Shown here piece by piece: positions 1 through 8,815 of a stretch of DNA of 64,000 nt (its first letter is position 1; each line of letters starts with the position of its first letter). A program made the translations under genes and the position numbers. The notes beneath the pieces were generated by a model. The model was not told where the DNA came from. It saw only the letters and a list, made by a program, of their open reading frames with translations, and searched no databases. The DNA comes from an uncultured Clostridia bacterium (GTDB lineage Bacteria > Bacillota > Clostridia > Oscillospirales > CAG-272), in contig CALWTY010000001.1 in the NCBI GenBank assembly GCA_944384585.1, forward strand, positions 19,849-83,848, given 5' to 3'.

Positions 1-314
1 GCAGGAATTGCGAGGGGTGCCTCGTGGGCGGAAGCTTTCGGAAATGTGACTCGGTGAGTATGTTTTGCAAACCGACGCGCTGCGGACACCCGCCATGCAG
101 CAGCACGCCTCCGGGCGGAGGTTTGTCGGACGGAGAGCAGGAATTGCGGGAATGCGTCCGCATTTCTGTTTTGTACCTTGGCGGGCTGCTGTCTCAGGAG
201 CGCGCCGTCCCAAACGCAAAACGGGAAGCCGCATACAGCTTCCCGATCGCTGACGATTCCATTTCGCTCATCTCCCGGACGTTCCGCTTCAGCCCCTTCC
301 GCGCGGCCTGTTCC

Positions 315-881
315 TCAAAGTCCCGACAGATACAGCACCGCCAGGATCAAAAGCGCCTCGCGGCTGCCGTCCTCCCCGCCCGCGCCGTCCCGGAACAGCA
401 GGAACAGCAGCCCGAGAAGCAGCAGATCGTCGCTCTTCAGATGCTCGGGGTCAAGAAGTCCGTGCCCGCCGTTCGACGACGTCTGCTCCGCGTCTCCGAC
501 TCCTCCGCCCTCCCCGAAGGGAGGCCGGAAATCAGGCGGACCGCCTTTCTTCTCCCGCCCTCTTCCGGACGCTCTTCCGCCGGCACTCCCCGCCGATTCC
601 TCCGGGCGCGAGGGGCTTCCCTCCCCGGATTTTCTCCCGGCAGCGAGATCTTCCGTCTCTGCCTCCCCGGGCGCGCCTTCGGCGGGATTTCTGCCTTCTG
701 CGCCCCCACGCAGCCCCCGCCTCCTTCGCTCCGCCGGCGGGAGGCTCCGCTCCTCCCGTCCGGTCGTCTGCTCCTCCCTCATCGTCTCCGGCTGCCGGAT
801 CACAAGCGCCGTTCCGCCGTAATCGGGAGGAAGAGGGGTTCTGACGCCGGCTCTGTGATTGCCGTAGCTTCTTGTATACAT
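315..881 (-). CDS. hypothetical low-complexity protein (Gly/Arg/Glu-rich, hydrophobic LLLLGLLFLLF segment near C-terminus)
   Basis: ATG ORF with a GGAAGGG SD-like motif about 9 nt upstream. Co-oriented with and directly downstream of 906..1328. The competing + strand ORF 24..890 looks like a GC-rich shadow. Confidence 0.35.
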   Translation of the reverse strand: MYTRSYGNHRAGVRTPLPPDYGGTALVIRQPETMREEQTTGREERSLPPAERRRRGLRGGAEGRNPAEGAPGEAETEDLAAGRKSGEGSPSRPEESAGSAGGRASGRGREKKGGPPDFRPPFGEGGGVGDAEQTSSNGGHGLLDPEHLKSDDLLLLGLLFLLFRDGAGGEDGSREALLILAVLYLSGL

Positions 882-905
882 GGCTCTTGACCCTTCCTTT
901 CGCAG

Positions 906-1328
906 TTAATGCTTCAGCAGACGGTTCAGATCGGACAGCCCGCCGAAATCCGCGAGCCGACTCAGATCCGCCAGCCGCAGCATCCGCAGGATTCTGACCA
1001 GATTGTCGGCGGTCTGCCGCCGCTCCTCCGACAGATACGGACGGAGCGCCGTAATCAGCGCGATCCGTTCGTCGTTTCCGGGGCGGCGTTTCCCCTGTCC
1101 CCCTGTCGGAACGGGGCTGCGCTGCCGATCGTTCGCCGCGTTGCTCCCGACCTCTGCGTCGGTCTGTGTCGCCCCAGAGGCGCTCCCCTCTGCAGCGGCA
1201 TCCTCCTCTTCTCCGGACGCGCTCCCCGCGCTCTTCCCCATCAGGCTTTCCGCCGCCCCCATCAGTTTCCGCATCGTCTCGGGGTCATTCAGCACCCCCT
1301 GCAGCATCTCCGATATGTTGCCCTCCAA
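906..1328 (-). CDS. hypothetical protein
   Basis: 140-aa ORF with a non-repetitive C-terminal half (ALITALRPYLSEERRQTADNLVRILRMLRLADL). Follows 1349..1591 on the same strand. Confidence 0.5.
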   Translation of the reverse strand: MEGNISEMLQGVLNDPETMRKLMGAAESLMGKSAGSASGEEEDAAAEGSASGATQTDAEVGSNAANDRQRSPVPTGGQGKRRPGNDERIALITALRPYLSEERRQTADNLVRILRMLRLADLSRLADFGGLSDLNRLLKH

Positions 1329-1348
1329 TCCGATTCCCTCCTTCGCCG

Positions 1349-1591
1349 TCAGAGTCGGAGCTTCCGCGCGATTTCGTCCCGCTGCTCCGGCGAGATCTTC
1401 CCGATCTGCCGCCGCAGCTCGTTCTCATTCGAGGTCATGATCTTCTTGCGGATCAGCTTCGCATTGTTGAGCGCCCGCCGCTTCTGCTGCGGGGTCGCGC
1501 CGAGCGCGTCGGCCACCTCCGCTATCGCCGCCCGAAGCTGCTCCTCGTCAAGCCCTCTGATCTTTTCGATGGTCTCCTTGTTTATTTCCAT
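1349..1591 (-). CDS. hypothetical small helical protein
   Basis: 80-aa ORF with balanced composition. An AT-rich promoter-like spacer lies upstream (1592-1685). Confidence 0.5.
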   Translation of the reverse strand: MEINKETIEKIRGLDEEQLRAAIAEVADALGATPQQKRRALNNAKLIRKKIMTSNENELRRQIGKISPEQRDEIARKLRL

Positions 1592-1733
1592 ATCGTCAAC
1601 CCTTTCCTGCGGAGACGTCGCCGTCCCCGCCCGATACCGATAAATTTACATATTAGTATGGTAATCAGTATTATTCTATGCTATAATGGAGGAAACGTTA
1701 CCCCTTGTCAGACGGAAGAAAGGAACACCCTCC

Positions 1734-2231
1734 ATGGATATCATCGTTTTTTCGGACTCGCACGGCAACACCGATCGCATGGCCCGGCTCATCGATCTCA
1801 GCGGTGCCGACATTGTCCTTCACCTCGGTGACGGGGCGGAGGATTTTGAGAAGCTGGCGCTCCGCGACCGCAGACGGCGCCTCTATATCGGCGTGCGGGG
1901 CAACTGCGACCGCTTTTCCCGGGATCTGCCGGAGATCCGGGAGTTCGAGCGGGAGGGCGTCCGTTTCCTGCTTCTGCACGGGCACACCCATCACGTCAAG
2001 CACGGCACCGGGGAGCTGGAGCGCTGCGCCCGCGAGCGGGGCGCCGATATCGTCCTGTACGGTCACACCCACACCCCCGACGATCGCTTTCTGCCCGGCG
2101 GGGAGGGGGAAAAGCCGCTCCGCATCCTCAATCCCGGCAGCATTGGCTCTCCCTTCCGACCCTCTTTTGCCACCATCACGCTGCGGGAGGGGCAGCTTCT
2201 GACAAACTGCGCCTCTGCCGAAGGGAGATGA
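1734..2231 (+). CDS. YfcE/MJ0936-type metallophosphoesterase
   Basis: Motifs DIIVFSDSHGN, LGDG, GNCD, LLHGH and GHTH. Start moved to the internal ATG at MDIIVF. Confidence 0.8.
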   Translation: MDIIVFSDSHGNTDRMARLIDLSGADIVLHLGDGAEDFEKLALRDRRRRLYIGVRGNCDRFSRDLPEIREFEREGVRFLLLHGHTHHVKHGTGELERCARERGADIVLYGHTHTPDDRFLPGGEGEKPLRILNPGSIGSPFRPSFATITLREGQLLTNCASAEGR

Positions 2232-2235
2232 AATC

Positions 2236-2736
2236 ATGACCTATCTCTGCCTCCGCCGCCGCGCCACCGCCCAGGTGCTTTGCGTGCTGCTCTTCCTGCT
2301 CACCCTGCTCTTCGGGATCCTCTCCTCCCTCAACATCGGCTGGCGAGGGATCTGGCAGCTTCTCATGCTCGCCTCTCTGGTCGCCGTCATCCAGATCTCC
2401 CAGCGCTATCTGCTGTCGGGCTATGAATACATCCTCGACCCCGCCGACGAGATCCTTCTCAGAAACCGTCTGACCATCGTGCGCACGCAGGGCAAAAAGC
2501 GCTTTGCCGTCATCACGCTGAATCTGAAGAATCTGACCGCCGTCATCCCGCCGATCGGGACCGGGGCGCTGACGGAGGAATACGGGAAGATATCCGCCCG
2601 CATGAACTTCTGTCCCGATATGTTCCCCTCCGAATCGGTTTTGCTGCTCTTCACGGTCGACGACGAGCTGTCGGTCATCAAGCTCCAGTGCGGGGAAGAT
2701 TTTGCCGAAGAGCTGCGACGGCGGGCGGGCGTCTGA
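2236..2736 (+). CDS. hypothetical membrane protein
   Basis: 166-aa ORF with two N-terminal hydrophobic segments. Starts 4 nt after the upstream stop. Confidence 0.5.
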   Translation: MTYLCLRRRATAQVLCVLLFLLTLLFGILSSLNIGWRGIWQLLMLASLVAVIQISQRYLLSGYEYILDPADEILLRNRLTIVRTQGKKRFAVITLNLKNLTAVIPPIGTGALTEEYGKISARMNFCPDMFPSESVLLLFTVDDELSVIKLQCGEDFAEELRRRAGV

Positions 2737-2855
2737 GAATCCCGCCGAAGAATATTGAAAAAACTCTTGTAAACCACCTGTCGTTTATGGTATACTGATG
2801 GGAGATTCCCGTTTCGACACCGACAAGGCCTCCTCCGAGGCGAAAGGACAGAACC

Positions 2856-3725
2856 ATGAAAATAACCAAAGCCGTGATCCCCGCCGCCGGACTGGGCACG
2901 AGAATGCTTCCCATCGCAAGATCCGTGCCGAAGGAGGCGCTTCCGATCGTCGATCGCCCCGCCGTGTCCTATCTGGTGGAGGAGGCTGCCGCCTCCGGCA
3001 TCACCGATATTCTGATCATCACGGGGCGGAACAAGGGTGTGATCGAGGATTATTTCGATTATTCCCCCGAATACGAGGACAAGCTCCGCGCCGACGGGAA
3101 GGAAGCGCGGATAGAGGAGCTGCGGCGGATTGCCGACATCGCCAACATCACCTTTCTGCGCCAGCATGAGGCCAAGGGGCTGGGACACGCCATTGCCAAG
3201 GCACGCCCCTTCACGGGAGATCAGCCGTTTGCCGTCCTCTACGGCGACGATATCATCTTCTCGGAAACGCCCGTCTGCGCCCAGCTCATCGCCGCCTACG
3301 AGGAATACGGGCGGCCGGTCGCCGGCATCAAGGAGGTGCCGCCCGAGCTGGTCTGCCGCTACTGCACGATGGGCATGGAGCGGCTGGAAGGAAACCGCTA
3401 CCGCATCTACGATATGATCGAAAAGCCGCGGCCGGAGCAGATCATGACCAATTATTCGATCCTCGGCCGCGTCCTGCTCACACCGGAAATCTATGACGTT
3501 CTGGCGGAGACAAAGCCCGGCGCGGGCGGCGAGCTTCAGCTTACCGACGCCATGAAGGTGATCTGCCGGCGGGAGGGCATGACGGGGGTCGATTTCGAGG
3601 GAAAGCGCTACGATATGGGCTCCAAACTCGGCTTTTTGACCGCCAATGTCGAACGGGCGGTACATCATCCCGAAATCGGGGCGGAATTTACCGCCTATCT
3701 GAAGGAATTCGTCAAAACACTGTAA
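2856..3725 (+). CDS. galU: UTP-glucose-1-phosphate uridylyltransferase
   Basis: AVIPAAGLGTRMLPIARSVPKEALPIVDRP N-terminal signature and typical length (289 aa). Confidence 0.9.
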   Translation: MKITKAVIPAAGLGTRMLPIARSVPKEALPIVDRPAVSYLVEEAAASGITDILIITGRNKGVIEDYFDYSPEYEDKLRADGKEARIEELRRIADIANITFLRQHEAKGLGHAIAKARPFTGDQPFAVLYGDDIIFSETPVCAQLIAAYEEYGRPVAGIKEVPPELVCRYCTMGMERLEGNRYRIYDMIEKPRPEQIMTNYSILGRVLLTPEIYDVLAETKPGAGGELQLTDAMKVICRREGMTGVDFEGKRYDMGSKLGFLTANVERAVHHPEIGAEFTAYLKEFVKTL

Positions 3726-3743
3726 CCGAAGGAGCTTTTCTGT

Positions 3744-4232
3744 ATGGAGAGAGTTTCAAAGATCAACTACTATCTGGATATTGCGCAGACGGTGGCAAAG
3801 CGAAGCACCTGTCTCCGCAAGCACTACGGCGCGATCATCGTCAAGGACGACTGCATTGTCTCAACCGGCTACAACGGCGCGCCGCGGGGTCGGAAGAACT
3901 GCTCCGACCTGATGTACTGTATGCGCGACAAGCTGAATATCCCCCGCGGGGAGCGCTATGAGATGTGCCGCGCGATCCATGCCGAGGCAAACGCCATTAT
4001 TTCCGCCTCCCGCGAGGAGATGATCGGCTCGACCCTCTATATGGCGTCGGTCGATCCGAAGACGGGGGAATTGATCCCCGACACGACAAGCTGCCCGATG
4101 TGCAAGCGGCAGGTCATCAATGCCGGCATCGAAAAGGTGATCGTCCGCGACACTCCCGACCGCTATCGCATCATTGAGGTGGCCGATTGGGTCACCGACG
4201 ACGACAGCCTGAGCGGGCAGTTCGGCTACTGA
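3744..4232 (+). CDS. comEB: dCMP (deoxycytidylate) deaminase
   Basis: Zinc motifs HAEANAI and CPMCKRQVINAGI. 162 aa. Confidence 0.85.
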   Translation: MERVSKINYYLDIAQTVAKRSTCLRKHYGAIIVKDDCIVSTGYNGAPRGRKNCSDLMYCMRDKLNIPRGERYEMCRAIHAEANAIISASREEMIGSTLYMASVDPKTGELIPDTTSCPMCKRQVINAGIEKVIVRDTPDRYRIIEVADWVTDDDSLSGQFGY

Positions 4233-4242
4233 GAGGCGCCCC

Positions 4243-5088
4243 TTGAGTAAGAGAATTCCCGATAAGAAGCTGCTGGAGGCCCGCAAGGCCGCCGCAAAGC
4301 AGCAGAAAAAACAAAAACGCAGCATCATCCTCCTCATTTCCGCCCTCTGCGTCCTTGCCGTTCTTGCGGTCACCATCCTCTCCTCCCTGCCGCACTATGT
4401 CAAGATTGAGGCAGTGGACGGTAAATATGTCGATACCGAGACCGGCATCACCTATCTTGCCGCACCGCAGAATTATGAGCCCGTCTCCTACACCCAAAAG
4501 GCATACGGAAAGCTCGACGGCAACTATGTCTATCCCATCACCGGCATGAACACCTCCGATTGGCTGGCGGAGGATTACTACGGCATCCTCGCCGTCTACT
4601 ACAACGAAAAGCTCACTCTTCCCGCGCTGGAGGATTTCTCCCCCGTCCGCATCCAGGTCTGCCGCGATCAGGCCTCGGCGGTCGTCCGTGTCGCAGACAT
4701 CTCCGACCGGGATGACGTGCTGCATATCGTCGACGCGCTGCTCTGCGGAGAGGAGACCGAGCAGGCCGATTCCGGCACCGTCGTCTATACCCTCCGCATT
4801 TCCTCCTCCCAATACACCTGGCTCTATTATAACGTCGCCTATGTGGTCACGCCGGAGGGCAGCTATTATTACGACCGCGGGACCGGACGCCGCGTCAAGG
4901 CAGACGGGCTCGTCGATTCCTATCTGAACGGAAGCGACACCGAAGCCGACAACACCGATTCCCCCGACGATTCCCGGCCTCCCGCAGCCGATAGCTCGGC
5001 AAATTCCGATCCTGCAGCCGGCAGCTCCGCAAATTCCGATCCGGCAGCCACCGAACCCGCGCCGCCGTCAGGAAAGGAACTGGAATGA
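4243..5088 (+). CDS. hypothetical membrane-anchored protein with Ser/Asp/Pro-rich repetitive tail
   Basis: TTG start, one N-terminal TM segment (IILLISALCVLAVLAVTIL), and a C-terminal SSANSDPAA repeat. Confidence 0.55.
   Translation: MSKRIPDKKLLEARKAAAKQQKKQKRSIILLISALCVLAVLAVTILSSLPHYVKIEAVDGKYVDTETGITYLAAPQNYEPVSYTQKAYGKLDGNYVYPITGMNTSDWLAEDYYGILAVYYNEKLTLPALEDFSPVRIQVCRDQASAVVRVADISDRDDVLHIVDALLCGEETEQADSGTVVYTLRISSSQYTWLYYNVAYVVTPEGSYYYDRGTGRRVKADGLVDSYLNGSDTEADNTDSPDDSRPPAADSSANSDPAAGSSANSDPAATEPAPPSGKELE
4993..5052 (+). repeat. two tandem copies of a 30-bp coding repeat
   Basis: agctcggcaaattccgatcctgcagccggc followed by agctccgcaaattccgatccggcagccacc, encoding SSANSDPAAG/SSANSDPAAT. 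Confidence 0.8.
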
Positions 5089-5630
5089 CCGGCCCCGCCG
5101 GCAGTCTTCCGGGGGACGGGATCATCGTCCTTCCCCTGACCGCCCCGCAGGACGCGCAGCATTCCCCTGTTCCCGCAGAAGCCGCCGACAGGCTGGCAGC
5201 GGAGATCGGGAGGCTGGAGGCGCTCTGCTTTTCGGAGCCCTGGAGCGAAGCCTCCCTCGCCGCCTCGCTGGAGCAGCCGCCGTATACCTGGTATGCGGCG
5301 ATCGATCCGTCGGAGGGAGCGCTTCTCGGCTATGCGGGGCTCTATACCGTCCGGGACGAGGCGGATATCACGCGGATCGCGGTGCTGCCGCAGTTCCGCC
5401 GCCGCGGGATCGGCTCTCTGCTGCTGAAGGAGCTGATCGGGTATGCCGCCCGCCGCGGCATCGTCCGCCTGCAGCTGGAGGTGCGGGAGTCGAATGCCGC
5501 CGCACGCCTTCTGTACGAGCGCTTCGGCTTCGTCACCGACGGCATCCGGAAGCGCTACTACCGTCATCCGACCGAGGACGCCGTCCTGATGAGTCGGGAT
5601 CTGACGGAAGCCGTCGGAAAGGAGAACTGA
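5085..5630 (+). CDS. rimI: ribosomal-protein-alanine N-acetyltransferase (GNAT)
   Basis: GNAT core ITRIAVLPQFRRRGIGSLLL...RLQLEVRESNAAARLLYERFGF. Sits immediately upstream of tsaD, as in the Firmicute tsa operon. Confidence 0.8.
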   Translation: MTGPAGSLPGDGIIVLPLTAPQDAQHSPVPAEAADRLAAEIGRLEALCFSEPWSEASLAASLEQPPYTWYAAIDPSEGALLGYAGLYTVRDEADITRIAVLPQFRRRGIGSLLLKELIGYAARRGIVRLQLEVRESNAAARLLYERFGFVTDGIRKRYYRHPTEDAVLMSRDLTEAVGKEN

Positions 5631-5632
5631 TT

Positions 5633-6637
5633 TTGTATATCCTGTCCATCGAAAGCTCCTGCGACGAGACCTCCGCCGCCGTTGTCAGCATGGGAGAGGA
5701 GCGAAAAATCCTCTCGAATGTCGTGGCCTCCCAGATCGAGCTGCACGCCCTCTACGGCGGGGTCGTCCCCGAGATTGCGGGGCGGGCGCATATCGAGGCG
5801 ATCAGCCGCATCACCTATGAGGCGCTGGAGCAGGCGGAACTGCCGCTGAACGCCGTCGACGCCGTCGCCGTCACCAACCGGCCCGGCCTGATCGGCGCGC
5901 TTCTGGTCGGCGTCAGCTTTGCCAAATCCCTCGCCGTCTCAAACGGCCTCCCCCTCGTCCCCGTTCACCATATCCGCGGTCATATCGCCGCCAATTATCT
6001 CGCCCACCCGACCCTTGAGCCTCCCTTCCTTGCGCTGGTGGTGTCGGGCGGACACACCTCGCTGATCGAGGTCTCCTCTTATACCGACTTCAGAACCGTC
6101 GGACGGACGCGGGACGACGCGATGGGAGAGGCGTTTGACAAGGTGGCGCGGGTGATGGGCATTCCCTATCCCGGCGGTGCGGTCATGGATCGCCTCGCTT
6201 CAGAGGGAGACCCTCACGCCCTGCTCTTCCCCTCCGCCGCCATTGCCGACGGCAGCCTTGATTTTTCCTTCAGCGGGCTGAAAACCCATGTGATCAATGT
6301 TCTGCATACCCTCCGGCAGCGGGGGGAGCCGATCCCCAAGGCCGACGTCGCCGCCTCCTTTACCGAAACGGTCATCTCCTCCGTCATCCGGAAGTTGGAG
6401 CTTGCCCTGGAAGCGGGGCGCTGTCCGGCTCTGGTACTGGCGGGAGGCGTTTCGGCAAACTCCCATCTGCGAAGGGCGCTCACCGGGTTTGCGGAAAAAA
6501 AGGGGATCCCCTTCTGCTGCCCGCCCCTTCCCCTCTGCGGGGACAATGCCGCCATGATCGGTGCGCAGGGCTACTACGAGCTGCTGGCCGGTCACACCGC
6601 CGGCGCGGATCTCAATGCCTTTGCCTCCGCCGAATGA
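5633..6637 (+). CDS. tsaD: tRNA N6-adenosine threonylcarbamoyltransferase
   Basis: ILSIESSCDETSAAVV N-terminus, VPVHHIRGH, LVVSGGHT and LAGGVSAN motifs. 334 aa. Confidence 0.95.
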   Translation: MYILSIESSCDETSAAVVSMGEERKILSNVVASQIELHALYGGVVPEIAGRAHIEAISRITYEALEQAELPLNAVDAVAVTNRPGLIGALLVGVSFAKSLAVSNGLPLVPVHHIRGHIAANYLAHPTLEPPFLALVVSGGHTSLIEVSSYTDFRTVGRTRDDAMGEAFDKVARVMGIPYPGGAVMDRLASEGDPHALLFPSAAIADGSLDFSFSGLKTHVINVLHTLRQRGEPIPKADVAASFTETVISSVIRKLELALEAGRCPALVLAGGVSANSHLRRALTGFAEKKGIPFCCPPLPLCGDNAAMIGAQGYYELLAGHTAGADLNAFASAE

Positions 6638-6709
6638 CCCTGCGGAAGCCGACGCTTCCCCTCCGGGGCTGCGCCGACCGACGCGATTCCGCCCTCCAAG
6701 CCCGCCGGG

Positions 6710-6829
6710 TTTTCCACAGGCAGTTATCCACACCTGTGGATAACTCTGCCCCACCTTCGACTAAATCCCCTATTATCGACGTTTTTATCCCCTGTCCGCT
6801 GTGGAAAACCCTGTGGATACTGTGGATAA
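6710..6829. promoter_or_regulatory. cluster of six DnaA boxes
   Basis: Perfect boxes: TTATCCACA at 6724-6732, TGTGGATAA at 6736-6744 and 6821-6829. One-mismatch boxes: 6710-6718 (TTTTCCACA), 6800-6808 (TGTGGAAAA) and 6812-6820 (TGTGGATAC). Confidence 0.7.
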
Positions 6830-6904
6830 TTCCCCCCAATGAATTCATATCGGCACCTGCCGCCAAGCGCGGAAAATCCAATCAGCCGAGGAAAAGGAAC
6901 TACT

Positions 6905-8077
6905 ATGACAGGAAACTACGAAACCCAGATCAAAGCCGCCCTGACCAAATATGAGGCACTGCTCCGCTCCCAGCTGGAGCGCGTCGAGACGATCAATGCG
7001 GCGGGAGAAGCCGTCGATTATACCAAGCTCGACAAAATCGTCATCGGCGTCTGCGGCGGCGACGGAATCGGCCCGATCATCACCGAGGCCTCCGCCAAGG
7101 TGCTGAAGGCGCTGCTCCGCGACGACGTCAACCGCGGCCGCATCGTCTTCCGTCAGATCGACGGGCTGACCATCGAGAACCGCGTCGCCCATATGCAGGC
7201 CATCCCCGACGACGTGATGGAGGAGCTTTACGCCTGTGACGTCATCCTGAAAGGACCGACCACCACCCCCCGCGCCGGCGATCCCTGGCCGAACATCGAG
7301 TCCGCCAATGTCGCCATGCGGAAAAAGCTCGACCTCTTTGCCAATGTCCGCCCCGTCAAGGTGCCGGACAAGGGAATCGACTGGACCTTCTTCCGTGAGA
7401 ACACCGAGGGCAGCTACGCCGTCGGCAGCCAGGGCGTCAACGTCACCGACGATCTCGCCCTCGACTTCTGCGTCACCACCACCGAGGGCTGCAACCGCAT
7501 CGCCCGCCTCGCCTACGAATACGCAAGAAAAAACGGCAAGGATCGCGTCTCGATCGTCACGAAGGCCAACATCGTCAAGACCACCGACGGCAAATTCCTC
7601 CGTATCTGCGAGGAGATCGGAAAGGAATACCCCGAGATCCACACCGACAACTGGTTCATCGATATCATGACCGCCAAGCTCATCGACGAAAAGCGCCGCA
7701 CCGACTTCAAGGTCTTCATCCTCCCGAACCTCTACGGCGACATCATCACCGACGAGGCGGCGGAGTTCCAGGGCGGCGTCGGCACGGCAGGCTCTGCCAA
7801 TATCGGCAAGAAATACGCCATGTTCGAGGCCATCCACGGTTCGGCGCCGAGAATGATCGCGGAGGGACGCGGCTGCTACGCCGATCCCTGCTCGATGCTC
7901 CGCGCCTCGGTCATGCTCCTCTCGCACATCGGCTATCAGGCGGAATCCGACCGTCTCGCCCGCGCCCTTGACATCTGTATGTTCGAGGAAAAGAAGCTCG
8001 TCATCACCGGTCGCAATACCGGCGCGACCTGCGAGCAGTTCACCGATTACGTCACCGAAACGCTGGAATCGCTCTGA
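6905..8077 (+). CDS. isocitrate/isopropylmalate dehydrogenase family protein (likely NAD-dependent isocitrate dehydrogenase)
   Basis: CGGDGIGPIITEA, FRENTEGSY, NLYGDIITD and HGSAP motifs. Start placed at the internal ATG at MTGNYE, preceded by GGAAAAGGAA. Confidence 0.8.
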   Translation: MTGNYETQIKAALTKYEALLRSQLERVETINAAGEAVDYTKLDKIVIGVCGGDGIGPIITEASAKVLKALLRDDVNRGRIVFRQIDGLTIENRVAHMQAIPDDVMEELYACDVILKGPTTTPRAGDPWPNIESANVAMRKKLDLFANVRPVKVPDKGIDWTFFRENTEGSYAVGSQGVNVTDDLALDFCVTTTEGCNRIARLAYEYARKNGKDRVSIVTKANIVKTTDGKFLRICEEIGKEYPEIHTDNWFIDIMTAKLIDEKRRTDFKVFILPNLYGDIITDEAAEFQGGVGTAGSANIGKKYAMFEAIHGSAPRMIAEGRGCYADPCSMLRASVMLLSHIGYQAESDRLARALDICMFEEKKLVITGRNTGATCEQFTDYVTETLESL

Positions 8078-8167
8078 ATCGATCCAAATCCCACCGAAGT
8101 CCTTCCGCGGAGCGGGCGCGCCCCATGCCGTCCGCTCCGCGGAAAATACGAAACCGCAGAGGCGCAT

Positions 8168-8815
8168 ATGGCTACGACACATCACAATTCCATCCCGGCA
8201 AGCAGCGCGCGCCGTCTGCCGAGATACTTCCGATACCTGCGGGAGCTGCTGATCAACGGCGTGCTGAAGGTCAGCTCCGACGAGCTGGCAGCCCGGCTCG
8301 GCATCACCCCATCCCGGGTACGCTCCGATCTCAGCCGCTTCACCGGATCGGGGCATCAGGGCTACGGATACAGCGTTAAGCTCCTTTACACCGAGATCAG
8401 CCGCGCCCTCGGCGTCGGGGACGGAATGTCCGCCGTCATCATCGGCGGCGACCCCGCCTTCATCGACCGTCTGGCCGAGTTGTTTGAGGGACGGGGCGTC
8501 ACGGTGACCGCCGCCTTCGTGCAGAAGGAGCTGATCGGAAGCGGGGAGCCGCCTCGCCGGATCCCGCGCCATGCCTTTGACCGGCTGCGGGAGGTGCTGT
8601 CCTCCTCCCCCGCCGAGATCGCGGTGCTGGCGGAGCTGCCCCCCGGAATTCCGCCGTCTCTGCTTGAGGAGCTGGGAGTCCGGGGCATCTGGAATCAGAC
8701 CCAAACCGACATTTCGGCCTCGATCCCGGTCATCAACCTGCCGGTCGGGGATATCATCCTGCATCTCTGCTATGAGATCCGGAACAACACGGCGGAGGAA
8801 CGCCATGAGCTATAA
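8168..8815 (+). CDS. rex: Rex-family redox-sensing repressor-like protein (degenerate Rossmann glycine motif)
   Basis: N-terminal RLPRYFRYLRELL...SSDELAARLGITPSRVRSDLS...GYGYSV. The expected GxGxxG position reads IIGGDPAF. Confidence 0.75.
   Translation: MATTHHNSIPASSARRLPRYFRYLRELLINGVLKVSSDELAARLGITPSRVRSDLSRFTGSGHQGYGYSVKLLYTEISRALGVGDGMSAVIIGGDPAFIDRLAELFEGRGVTVTAAFVQKELIGSGEPPRRIPRHAFDRLREVLSSSPAEIAVLAELPPGIPPSLLEELGVRGIWNQTQTDISASIPVINLPVGDIILHLCYEIRNNTAEERHEL

Noticed and set aside
24-890. A 288-aa plus-strand ORF at the left edge, and overlapping ORFs at 65..253, 178..822 and 437..709.
   Set aside because: They have Pro/Arg/Ser-rich junk-like composition and no SD. The minus-strand ORF 315..881 has an SD-like motif and fits the operon context of 906..1328 and 1349..1591. 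Even that call is low confidence.
6637-6905. Calling the DnaA-box spacer the chromosomal origin (oriC).
   Set aside because: No dnaA, dnaN, rpmH or gidA-type origin-flanking genes are in the window. The spacer is short (about 267 bp), and I see no clear AT-rich unwinding element with 13-mer-like repeats. It cannot be excluded without genome-wide skew, so it is reported as a DnaA-box cluster only.
6845-8806. Very long antisense ORFs. Examples: 6845..8806 (653 aa), 16045..17604, 17911..19752, 19852..22200 (782 aa), 22639..24402, 40321..42546 (741 aa), 42245..44383 (712 aa), 50967..52673.
   Set aside because: Each lies exactly opposite one or more genes with strong, recognisable motifs. Their translations are Arg/Gly/Asp/His-rich with no motif or domain pattern. 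In GC-rich genomes the complementary frame of real genes often stays open. I treat them as shadow ORFs, not as hidden large proteins.
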